From assembly GCA_050250895.1 (NCBI GenBank), contig JBFWNU010000005.1, positions 64,001-128,000 on the forward strand: 64,000 bases of DNA. Reading direction: 5' to 3'. This DNA comes from Vulcanimicrobiota bacterium (lineage in GTDB: Bacteria; Vulcanimicrobiota; Xenobia; Xenobiales; JADMJV01). The first letter of the stretch is position 1, and every line of letters begins with the position of its first letter. The notes beneath the pieces were generated by a model. That model was not told the DNA's origin. It worked only from the letters and a program-made list of their open reading frames with translations, and ran no database searches. The position numbers were made by a program, and so were the translations under genes. Of the stretch, positions 48,801 to 55,882 are shown in pieces.

Positions 48801-48894
48801 GGGCAACTTTGTGGTGCCCCCGACCAAAGCCGAGGAGATGTACCATCCCGAGACCTTCGGCCGCTGCGGCACCGATCGCCTCGTAGTCGACTAG
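42883..48894 (+). CDS. Bacterial alpha-2-macroglobulin lipoprotein with Ig-like N-terminal domains
   Basis: Lipobox LCGC; DRQMYRPGE, EFRRPEFEV, PDNLTRYR, thioester motif YPFECSEQ, WGNTQEN, EEMYHPETFGR. Confidence 0.92.
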   Translation: MRRLLILLALCLLCGCLTPSERALGSTPEAERTPGFEFTLADGSEAGKPPEQLPVPKTTPMTAEATKALLDRLPKLPQLAGDKTPFAKREDSKPLPKTGKTVEESFPPPPRDLPPVEVTSGPLEVVRFSPEGAVELAPFLSVTFNQPMVAVSSQSEASAVHPVKLTPEPPGEWRWVGSKTLLFKPKPRFPMATKYQVEIPSGTVSQAGQKLAAAKSFTFTTPAPRLLQKYPEVGPTVRDPLIFLGFDQAISPEKMSGHITLKADGKTFPFRLATAAARAEDTQITSLIDQAEEGRWLVIQPSQPLPLASTITVTVEAGAPSEEGPSTTPAPQSFTFSTYSPLKVVDQNCDPGDHCPPLSPWWVECNNPLDEKNFMPAMVTVSPEVPGFKVEAQGSYLRMRGRTKGNTTYTVTIHKRLGDSFGQFLGEPQELKFHVGRANKMLRSTTQGMTVLDPYAKPSFPIYTVNIKEVRVLAYALTPQDWLAFGKYYHGWRNEPPPPIPGRQVLNTTVQIKADPDELAETNLDLSQALPDKFGQLAVIVEDTDMPPKRYEQRRLVAWVQATNIGLDAMLDGQELVALTTDLRDGKPLQGVEVSISESTVKGQSGDNGLTTLDLPGERSKQTSMLLARQGKDLAILPEHAYFYESQGNWLKRTDTDSLLWYVVDDRQMYRPGEKVSVKGWIRRMAAGPKGDLEGPPTQAKEVSYTVFDSRNNKIGEGKAALAATGGFDFNFQLPATPNLGYARIQLDTSSGLGNSSTSHGFQIQEFRRPEFEVTSSPSDGPHLLGGQATVTVHANYYAGGGLPNAEVNWSVSSSPGSFSPPNHPEFTFGRWTPWWDMGPWWRTPENPYNSKSLSSHTDSSGAHTLELKFQSVWPPQPMSVSAQASVEDVNRQSWATSSSLLVHPAKVYVGLKSPRTFVQQGEKFELETIVADLDGRLQTGTPILLELVRLEWAYEKGEYIQKELDLQTQTITSAAQPQSFSFKPGEGGSYRLTATVKDADGRLNQSTLSLWVAGGKVPTSRSVEQERITMIPDRKQYAPGDTAEILIQAPFADAEGVVSLRRNGLLKKEPIVLKGTSYTLKVPIEEFHTPNLYVQVDLVGAAQRTGPDGKPLDTDIKRPAYATGMLNLSVPPLARKLTVEVAPAVKALSPGGETQLQLTVKDAAGKPAQNCEAAVVVVDESVLALTGYRLPDPLNTFYPGRGAGVSDYHSRGYVALASADLLENANEGVAPGMAVDLEGGEADELYADAAVAGRAMSAEERPAPSAAPRPEAKQALRRDKTSNSAQPAPDEPIAMRTNFDALALFAAEVPTNAQGQATVKIKVPDNLTRYRIMAVAVAGNREFGQGESTLTARLPLMVRQSPPRFLNFGDHCELPVVLQNQTDAPMEVQVAMRATNAKLDDALGRQVVVPANNRVEVRFPVAADQAGKARFQVGAQSQSGSDASQFELPVWTPATSEAFATYGEIDQGAIAQPVKMPGEVWPQFGGLEVTTSSTAVGALTDAVLYLVAYPFECSEQVASRVMSIAALRDVLSAFKAEGLPPEKELLAAVGRDIEKLKNMQNYDGGWDYWIRGRESDPYLSIHVGHALIRAKQKKFAVPEDALERNRQFLVDIQSHIPYYYSQEAKWALRAYALYVRNLAGDNDPATARALLAEVGPIDKVGLETLGWLLPVLSKDPASAAQVKAIRLHFNNRVSETAATAQFATSYGDSNYLLLYSDRRVDAVLLEALILDSPKSDIIPKIVRGLLDHRSQGHWGNTQENCWVLLALDRYFNTYEKVEPDFVARVWLGQQYAGEHAFKGRTTEESLIKVPMKLLSEKAQNLVLQKDGKGRLYYRIGMRYAPKSLKLEPADYGFVVERRYEAVDDNRDVTRDADGVWHVKAGAKVRVRLTMVAPERRYHVALVDPLPAGLEAMNPALAVTGEVPREPNASPYWWWGGTWYEHQNLRDERTEAFSSLVWPGVYEYNYVARATTPGNFVVPPTKAEEMYHPETFGRCGTDRLVVD

Positions 48895-48895
48895 A

Positions 48896-49456
48896 GTGCG
48901 GCTCGAACTGGCTAGCCGCCGGTTGGCGCTGACGACGATAGAAGCCCGCTACCCGGGCGCGATGGTCCTCGACCTGACTTCGCGGGGGCCGGACCCCTGG
49001 GTTCGGTTCAGTCCGTTCTTTCCTCACGGAAACATCCCGGTGCCCGACGGCTCAGGCCGCCTGGCGGCAAGCGTCGAGGGTATCTGGCAGGGCCTGAAAG
49101 TGTTCGAGTCGGCCGGCGTCGACGAGAGTAAGTTCGAGGTAGAGTCGATGCGTGGGCTCAAACGGACCCTTCGCAGGCTTGGCCCCTGCCGGGCCCATCT
49201 GGTCAATGGGCGCTTGCTTGGCTATCGTGAGGCTCGCTACGCCCTCTATCTGCCGGCCTATCGCTGGGTACTCGACCACCGACTGGCCCCTGAGTTGGCC
49301 GAGTTGGCCAGACTAGCCGCCGCCGGCCCGGTGGTGTTGCTCGACTATGAGAGCAATGCCGACCCGGGGGACCTGCGGCGGCCCCTGTCCCATGCCGGGC
49401 TAGTGATTCGCTACCTGACCGGCGATTGGCCAGAGTCTACTTCCGCGCGGAAGTAG
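48896..49456 (+). CDS. DUF6939-like / NADAR-like protein
   Basis: FSPFFPHGNIPVP, SVEGIWQGLKVFE, YLPAYRWVL, PLSHA. Confidence 0.65.
   Translation: MRLELASRRLALTTIEARYPGAMVLDLTSRGPDPWVRFSPFFPHGNIPVPDGSGRLAASVEGIWQGLKVFESAGVDESKFEVESMRGLKRTLRRLGPCRAHLVNGRLLGYREARYALYLPAYRWVLDHRLAPELAELARLAAAGPVVLLDYESNADPGDLRRPLSHAGLVIRYLTGDWPESTSARK
49437..49456. repeat. Perfect 20-bp palindrome CTACTTCCGCGCGGAAGTAG (copy 1 of a recurrent motif)
   Basis: Core also present at 53466, 53834 and 54977. Confidence 0.9.
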
Positions 49457-49654
49457 AGAATTTGCCCTGGATGACGAGAGCCTCCTGGTGGCCGACCAGA
49501 CCGTCCCACGACGCCCCGACCAGGGGCGGTCGAAGCCCCATTTTGCCTTGATCGCCGTCAATAGGACGAAATGTTCATACTTGGAGTGAAAATCGCCGCA
49601 AACGTTGATATATAAGGGTTTTTTTCTTCGAGAATCGAGGTTGTTTCCTGTTTT

Positions 49655-49668
49655 CGAACAAATGTTCT
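49655..49668. promoter_or_regulatory. GAAC-N4-GTTC palindrome (LexA box-like) upstream of EF-G
   Basis: CGAACAAATGTTCT in an AT-rich intergenic region. Confidence 0.4.
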
Positions 49669-49795
49669 CAGAAATTTAAGGTTTTTTTGGGTTTAAATCC
49701 GCATCTTATCTGCGATAAAGAAACCTGTGCTCAGGGGGTGGAGCCCAGAAAGCCGGAGCGTTGGAATACGCCCGGAATATCGAAGGAGAACGAAA

Positions 49796-51907
49796 ATGAA
49801 TGGTGATGTGAACGCTAGCATCACTCGCGTGAGAAACATCGGAATTTCCGCCCACATCGACTCGGGTAAGACCACCCTCTCGGAGCGGATTCTATTTTAC
49901 ACCGGAAAGATCCACAGGATTGAGGAAGTTCGGGGTAAGTCGGGTGTCGGAGCCAAGATGGACTCCATGGACCTCGAGCGCGAGAAGGGGATCACCATTC
50001 AATCGGCTGCAACCTATTGCACCTGGGGTGATTACAACATCAACCTCATCGACACTCCTGGTCACGTCGACTTCACCGTCGAGGTCGAGCGCGCCCTGCG
50101 CGTGCTCGACGGCGCCGTGCTGGTGCTGTGCGCCGTAGCCGGTGTGCAGTCGCAGTCGATCACCGTCGACCGCCAGATGAAGCGCTACGGCGTTCCCAAA
50201 TTGGCTTTCGTCAACAAGATGGACCGGGCTGGCGCGAACGCCCAGCGTGTGGTCGGCATGCTGCGCGAGAAGCTCAACCACAACGCCCACCTGGTGACCA
50301 TGCCTATCGGCGCCGAAGATCGCTTCGAGGGGATCGTCGACCTGTTGACCCTGGAAGCCATCTATTTTGACGGCGACAACGGCGAGAACATCCGCCGCGA
50401 GGCCTGTCCGGCCAACTTGCTTGACGAGGCCAAAGGCCTGCGCGACGCTCTGGTCGAGGCGCTGTCGGACTTCGATGACGACCTGGCCGAGAAGTTCCTG
50501 GAGGGCGCCGAGGTGAGCGCCGAGGAGATGCGTCCGGTGCTGCGCAAAGCCACCCTCTCGCTCGAGTTCACCCCGGTCTTCTGTGGCTCGGCCTACAAGA
50601 ACAAAGGCGTTCAGCACTTGCTAGACGGCGTCTGCAGCTATTTGCCCAATCCGACCGAGCGTACTAATATCGGCCTCGACCAGGACAACGAAGAGGCCGA
50701 AGTGGTGCTCAGCTCCGAGACCGACAAGCCGTTCGTGGGCCTGGCCTTCAAGCTCGAAGACGGCCGCTTCGGTCAGCTGACCTACCTTCGCATCTATCAG
50801 GGCCGCCTGAGCAAAGGCGACTTCATCCACAACATCAACAACAAGAAGAAAGTCAAAGTGCCTCGCATCGTGCGCATGCACGCCGACGAGATGCACGAGA
50901 TCGAGTCGGCTGACGCCGGTGATATCGTGGCTCTCTTCGGTATCGACTGCGCTAGCGGCGACACCTTCACTGACGGCAAAGTGTCCATCACGATGACCTC
51001 GATGCACGTGCCGGCAGCCGTGATGTCGGTGACCGTCGAGCCCAAGGAGCGTCGCAGCCTGCAGAACTTCTCGAAAGCTCTCAACCGCTTCTCGAAAGAG
51101 GACCCGACCTTCCGGGTGTGGCGCGATGAAGAGTCCGGCAACACCCTGGTGGCCGGCATGGGCGAGCTGCACATCGAGGTCTACATCGAGCGCATCAAGC
51201 GTGAGTATGACTGCGAAGTCACCGTGGGTGCGCCGCAGGTGGCCTATCGTGAAGCCATCAGCTCGCGGGTCGAGATCGACTATACCCACAAGAAGCAGAC
51301 CGGCGGTTCGGGTCAATACGCCCGCATCAAAGGCTATCTTGAGCCCCTGCCGGCCAACTCGGTGGAGGAGTACGAGTTCGTCGACGACGTGGTGGGTGGT
51401 GTCATTCCCAAAGAATATCTACCGGCCTGCAACAACGGCTTCCGCGAGTCGCTGCGCAAGGGAACCCTTATCGAGGCTCCCGTGGTGGGCGTTCGCTGCG
51501 TGGTCAACGACGGTAACTACCACTCGGTCGACTCGTCCGAGATGGCGTTCCGTATCGCCGCTCAGACGGCCATCCGCGAGACCCTGCCGAAGGCCAACCC
51601 GATCATCCTCGAGCCGATCATGCTGGTCGAGGTAGCTGCTCCCGACGAGTTCGTGGGCGCTCTGACGCGGGGCATCAACCAGCGCCGCGGCATGATCATC
51701 AGCACCGAGACCAACGACGGCTACGCCTGCGTGCAGGCCTACGTACCCTTCTCGGAGATGTTCGGCTACGCCACCACGTTGCGCTCGGCGACGCAGGGTA
51801 AGGGCGAGTTCTCGATGGAGTTCTCGAAGTACGAGCAGGTGCCCAAGAGCATCCAGGAAGATCTGACCAAAGAGCACCGCGAGAAGAAGCTAGCGGCCGC
51901 CCGATAG
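49796..51907 (+). CDS. fusA: Elongation factor G (spdEFG1/mtEFG1-like paralog, outside the str operon)
   Basis: [73 protein letters not shown]; AAGGAG SD. Confidence 0.95.
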   Translation: MNGDVNASITRVRNIGISAHIDSGKTTLSERILFYTGKIHRIEEVRGKSGVGAKMDSMDLEREKGITIQSAATYCTWGDYNINLIDTPGHVDFTVEVERALRVLDGAVLVLCAVAGVQSQSITVDRQMKRYGVPKLAFVNKMDRAGANAQRVVGMLREKLNHNAHLVTMPIGAEDRFEGIVDLLTLEAIYFDGDNGENIRREACPANLLDEAKGLRDALVEALSDFDDDLAEKFLEGAEVSAEEMRPVLRKATLSLEFTPVFCGSAYKNKGVQHLLDGVCSYLPNPTERTNIGLDQDNEEAEVVLSSETDKPFVGLAFKLEDGRFGQLTYLRIYQGRLSKGDFIHNINNKKKVKVPRIVRMHADEMHEIESADAGDIVALFGIDCASGDTFTDGKVSITMTSMHVPAAVMSVTVEPKERRSLQNFSKALNRFSKEDPTFRVWRDEESGNTLVAGMGELHIEVYIERIKREYDCEVTVGAPQVAYREAISSRVEIDYTHKKQTGGSGQYARIKGYLEPLPANSVEEYEFVDDVVGGVIPKEYLPACNNGFRESLRKGTLIEAPVVGVRCVVNDGNYHSVDSSEMAFRIAAQTAIRETLPKANPIILEPIMLVEVAAPDEFVGALTRGINQRRGMIISTETNDGYACVQAYVPFSEMFGYATTLRSATQGKGEFSMEFSKYEQVPKSIQEDLTKEHREKKLAAAR

Positions 51908-51926
51908 GTCGGTTCCACCCCCGAAG

Positions 51927-51959
51927 AGGCCAGCGGTCGTCCGCTGGCCTTCTTCTTGT
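51927..51959 (+). terminator. Intrinsic terminator after fusA
   Basis: AGGCCAGCGG-TCGT-CCGCTGGCCT followed by TCTTCTTGT. Confidence 0.8.
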
Positions 51960-52016
51960 GACGATTTTTTGACTTCTCGTCAATATGATCGCCTTGTGAT
52001 CGTCAACAATCTGAAA

Positions 52017-52961
52017 ATGGCCACTCCTCCCGGTCGTCTCCACCCCCCTGGCTGGGTCGTGGAAGAGACCGAGGTTGAACCTACCGATCGCTTTCACATC
52101 ACCGATACCACCCCACCGGCGCCTCCGCAGGGGCTCAAGCTGGCGGCCGGCGCTCTGATGTTCGTGGCTTGCGCCGTGGGCGCGGCCCACACTCGCAATT
52201 TCAACACCCCCCGCCAGCCCGCTCCGGTCAAGCCGACCGAGCCCTCGCAACCCCCGGCTCCCGACTTCAAGCTCGACCCCGAGGCGGAAGGCTTTTTGAT
52301 GGTCGGCATCCAGCCCGAGCAACCGGTCCAGGTGCCAGCGACTCCCCTGGTGTTGCCTACCGCGCCGCCGATGGTAAGGGCAGAAGAGCCGAAAGGGCCC
52401 GCCGCGCCCGCCGCGCCGGTCGTAGCCACCGAAGCCGCTCCGGTGGTGCTGGCTGAAGAGCCTGCCCCGCCGGTCGCACCGGCGGCCGAGTCGACCCCCC
52501 AGGTCGCCACCGTCACTCTTCCCGAGGAAGTTCCCCTTCCGCGGCCCCGGCCGGCCCACGAGGTCGCGGCCGTCCACTACAGCCGCTACGCCAAGCACCA
52601 GGAGTTGCTGGCCCGGGCCATCGCGGCCGAGTCGCGGGGCGAGTCTTATGACACCCAGGTGGCCGTGGCCCAGACGATTCTCAACCACGCGTCCAAGTAC
52701 GGGCGCGGCCTGCCCGGCCTCATTCGCAGCACGTTCTTGTCTTCGAACTACGACGGCAATCGCGTGTTCTACACGATGCGGACCAGCCGTATCCCCAACT
52801 GGCAGCAATACTACCGGGCCGCCGGCGACGCTCTGGCCGGACGCTCCTCGGTGGGCTTCAATCGCGTCTACTTCCACGACGACAGCATCGGCGCGCCTCG
52901 CTACGTCAACAAAGGCACCGCGCTCAAGCTCGACAACATGATCTTCTACGCGGCCCGCTGA
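52017..52961 (+). CDS. Cell wall hydrolase (SleB/CwlJ Hydrolase_2) with TM and Pro/Ala-rich linker
   Basis: LLARAIAAESRGE...QVAVAQTILN; YFH...IFY C-terminus. Confidence 0.8.
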   Translation: MATPPGRLHPPGWVVEETEVEPTDRFHITDTTPPAPPQGLKLAAGALMFVACAVGAAHTRNFNTPRQPAPVKPTEPSQPPAPDFKLDPEAEGFLMVGIQPEQPVQVPATPLVLPTAPPMVRAEEPKGPAAPAAPVVATEAAPVVLAEEPAPPVAPAAESTPQVATVTLPEEVPLPRPRPAHEVAAVHYSRYAKHQELLARAIAAESRGESYDTQVAVAQTILNHASKYGRGLPGLIRSTFLSSNYDGNRVFYTMRTSRIPNWQQYYRAAGDALAGRSSVGFNRVYFHDDSIGAPRYVNKGTALKLDNMIFYAAR

Positions 52962-53012
52962 TTGGGTCGTTCGCCCCGCGCGGTTTGGCGGTGGGCTGGC
53001 TAAGCTGGGGGC

Positions 53013-53450
53013 ATGAACGCTTACACGCTACTCGCCCTCTTCTCGGCCTGGCCGGCCCTCTGCGCTGCGCTTGGCGCCTGGGCAGGCTATCGCTGCGCTC
53101 CTCACGACCCGCTACCGGTGGCCTGCCGGCGCAGCGGCTGGGCGGCGACCTTCTCGCTGCTGGCTCTGGCGGCTGGTTTGTTGGTGTGGGCCTACACTTT
53201 GGGTGCCGAGCGCCAGGCCAGCTTCGCAACCGTGCGGATGGCCATGGTCCTGGTGGCGCTGCTGGTCGCCGCGCTTTCGCCTCTGGCCGGGACGGCTGCC
53301 TATCGCGGTGTGGCCTTCGGACACACCCTGACCCACGAGGTCGGCGGCATCCTGGGGGGCGCCCTGGGCGCGGGCCTGGTCTTGCCGCTCGGGTTGGCGG
53401 TGGTTCTCTTCTTGCGCTTGGGGCGGGCGGCGCTTAGGGCGATAGGGTAG
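53013..53450 (+). CDS. Hypothetical four-TM membrane protein
   Basis: Hydrophobic helices; fills the gap between neighbours. Confidence 0.6.
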   Translation: MNAYTLLALFSAWPALCAALGAWAGYRCAPHDPLPVACRRSGWAATFSLLALAAGLLVWAYTLGAERQASFATVRMAMVLVALLVAALSPLAGTAAYRGVAFGHTLTHEVGGILGGALGAGLVLPLGLAVVLFLRLGRAALRAIG

Positions 53451-53465
53451 GCGGCGTCACCGCCT

Positions 53466-53479
53466 CTTCCGCGCGGAAG
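53466..53479. repeat. Palindrome CTTCCGCGCGGAAG (copy 2)
   Basis: Exact 14-bp match. Confidence 0.9.
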
Positions 53480-53519
53480 TCAGTGGGGCGAGGTGTGCAG
53501 GGTCACGATGCAACAAACG

Positions 53520-53798
53520 TCAGGTTGCGCAAAGCGGACACAGAACTCCTTTCGGAACGCCGGTTTCCAGCGGCTCGCCTGGGTCAGCCCCTGGCATCGC
53601 CAGATGGTCCAGCCGTAGCCTATGGTCAGAGAGCAGCTTCGGGTCGACCTCGCGGGACTGGCAGCCCGGCACCAACTGACTGACCAGCACGCAGGCGTCG
53701 TCGGCCCGGAGATAAGTCAGGGCGAACTGCTCCGAGGGACAACGCGTGAACCAGCCGACCACAGCCAGGGCAACGAGCAGGGCGACCAGGTTTCGCAC
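53520..53798 (-). CDS. Small hypothetical protein bracketed by two palindrome copies
   Basis: GAGG SD, N-terminal TM, terminal CxxC; may be a decayed gene. Confidence 0.35.
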   Translation of the reverse strand: MRNLVALLVALAVVGWFTRCPSEQFALTYLRADDACVLVSQLVPGCQSREVDPKLLSDHRLRLDHLAMPGADPGEPLETGVPKGVLCPLCAT

Positions 53799-53833
53799 AC
53801 CTCACCATTTCGCGCCGCCTCGATCACCCGCCT

Positions 53834-53847
53834 CCTCCGCGCGGAAG
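53834..53847. repeat. Palindrome variant CCTCCGCGCGGAAG (copy 3)
   Basis: One mismatch; followed by TGAGAATTT, similar to TAGAGAATTT after copy 1. Confidence 0.85.
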
Positions 53848-53934
53848 TGAGAATTTACAAGGGTTTCGCTTGTTGTTTGGGCTTGAAAAATGCTAAAATC
53901 ATAGCAATCCCCGAACCCACTCCCTGGAGGTCCT

Positions 53935-55020
53935 ATGTCTCTTTCTGCCCTGGTTGCTACCTTGCGCCAACTCACTCCTGACCAGCTTCATCAGCGCAAT
54001 CAAGACGCTCGGCTTGAACTGGCCCGTAGCGAATGGCGGATGGCCGTCCATTTGCTGGCCACCGAGCGAGCCGGTCTGCACCGTAGGATGGGCTATGGCG
54101 ACGTCATCGCCTACGCCGAGAAGCTGCTCGACCTGCCGCGTTATAAAGCCTGCGAGTTGCTGAGAGTGGCCCGCTCGTTCGACCGCATGCCAGACATCTC
54201 CGAGGCCTTCCGCACGGGCGAGATTGGATGGACCAAGGTCCGGGAGATCACGCGGGTGGCTACTCCCAAGACCGAGGGCGTCTGGCTCGAGCGGGCCCGA
54301 ACGCACGACGCCAATACCGTCGCTCGGATGGTGGCCGTCTCGCCTGCCGAGTACAAGCGGGGCAAGGCCCTGACCGCCGAAACCCAGCCCGAAGTGACCC
54401 CTCAGCTCATCCACCTGCATCTGCGCCTGACCCCCGAGCAATACGCCGTGCTCGAACAGGCCGTCAGCCTGGCCCGAGCTCGGGCCGGCAAGCGCTTGAG
54501 CCGAGAGGCAGCCGTGGCCGCTCTGGCCAAGACTGCCCTGTCGTCGGCTGACAGTCGCAGCAAAGTGCGCCACCAGGTCATCATCGAGGTCGATCCCGAA
54601 AGCGGTCGCGGGTTCTATGATACCGAGCGCGGGCCGCTGCCGGCTTCACCCCGGGTGGTCGAGGAAGCCCTGGCTGCAGGCCCCATCGTGATCGAGGCCG
54701 CTGCGCCGGCCGAGGGGGCGAGGCCGACCGAGCCCCAGGCACGCAGGGCTCCGCCCATGGGAGAATTGCGTTCTGTCTTCGCTCGAGCCCGCGGGCGATG
54801 CGAGCACTGCGGCTGTAAGGGGGGATCGCTGCATGTCCACCATTGCCTGCCCCGTTCGCGGGGAGGGCGCGACCTGGGGCCAGAATTGAGGTTGCTATGC
54901 CCCGCCTGCCACGGGGTCGCCCACGAGACCGATTTTGCCGAGGACCCTGGTTGGCGGGCGGCTAGAGAAGCCGCCACTTCCGCGCGGAAGCGCGCTAAGT
55001 CTGACGCAGTTGGTGGCTGA
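53935..55020 (+). CDS. HNH endonuclease with DUF222-like helical N-terminus
   Basis: GEIGWTKVREI; RCEHCGC...LHVHH...SRGG...LLCPACH...H; GGAGG SD and extended -10 TGCTAAAAT upstream. Confidence 0.85.
   Translation: MSLSALVATLRQLTPDQLHQRNQDARLELARSEWRMAVHLLATERAGLHRRMGYGDVIAYAEKLLDLPRYKACELLRVARSFDRMPDISEAFRTGEIGWTKVREITRVATPKTEGVWLERARTHDANTVARMVAVSPAEYKRGKALTAETQPEVTPQLIHLHLRLTPEQYAVLEQAVSLARARAGKRLSREAAVAALAKTALSSADSRSKVRHQVIIEVDPESGRGFYDTERGPLPASPRVVEEALAAGPIVIEAAAPAEGARPTEPQARRAPPMGELRSVFARARGRCEHCGCKGGSLHVHHCLPRSRGGRDLGPELRLLCPACHGVAHETDFAEDPGWRAAREAATSARKRAKSDAVGG
54977..54990. repeat. Palindrome CTTCCGCGCGGAAG (copy 4) within the 3' end of the HNH gene
   Basis: Exact match, encodes TSARK. 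Confidence 0.9.
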
Positions 55021-55330
55021 GGGTCCGGAGTTGGAGGGCGGCCGAGGTCAGGTTGGCGCCTTCGATGTCGAGAGCCAGCGCTCTGGCGGTGGCGCAAACC
55101 TGCTCGTGGTCGGCTACGCTGTTGATGGCCTGGCGTAGGCAGCCGGCGGCGCCGGCCAGGTCGCGGGCCGCCAGGGCCTCGACCCCCTGACGTAGAGCCG
55201 TCCAGGGCTCGCCCGTGGGAGCGAGTTCAAGGGCTTTGGTTAGAGAGCCGGCGGCGCCGGCCGTGTCGAAATAGCCGAGCGCTTCGGCGGCGGCCTCGAG
55301 CCAATGAAATGGGCCAGTTGCCTGCTGCAT
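54995..55330 (-). CDS. Small helical (TPR-like) hypothetical protein
   Basis: Ala/Leu-rich helices; G-rich SD upstream. Confidence 0.55.
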   Translation of the reverse strand: MQQATGPFHWLEAAAEALGYFDTAGAAGSLTKALELAPTGEPWTALRQGVEALAARDLAGAAGCLRQAINSVADHEQVCATARALALDIEGANLTSAALQLRTLSHQLRQT

Positions 55331-55389
55331 GACCCCCCCCTTCTATGTGTGCCGATTATAGAGCAAAGCCGGCCGGCCGGCAATATCCG

Positions 55390-55831
55390 CTAGAGGCGCT
55401 CGAAGCGGACCTGGTCACCAGACCAGACGGCATAGCTGCCCTGGTCGAGGCTGCCGACGTCTACGATGTAGCGATGCTGGGGCTGGCAGGCCAGGCTGGG
55501 GGCGCTGAACCAGCGGGGTAGGTCCGAGGTCAGTTCCCACCAGCCGGGGCGGTGCATGTGGCCGACGAAAGCCAGGCGAAAGTCGGCTAAGGTGAACATC
55601 TCCAGGGCGTCGGCCGGTGAGCCGGGCCCAGTCGGGCAACTCCGAGCTGGCCACTTCGTGATTGCCTTTCAGGCAGGCCACTCCGGCCGAACGAAGCAGC
55701 TCGAGGCAGGCCTGGTCGTGGGCCCCTCCCACTGCGTCGCCGAGAAAGACCAGCCGCCCGGGTCGCTCCAGCAGCTTCTGCAGGGCGGCCAGGTTGCCGT
55801 GCAGATCCGAGAAAACTAGCGTCGTGTCCAA
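55390..55831 (-). pseudogene. Frameshifted metallophosphoesterase (YfcE/PrpA-like)
   Basis: SDLHGN, LGDAVG, GNHE in one frame; GHMH and DVGSL in another; switch near 55610-55640. Confidence 0.75.
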
Positions 55832-55882
55832 TTTGACCGGGTTCGACAGGGCAGGGTCTGGCCCTGGTGGAACGGGCCCGGG

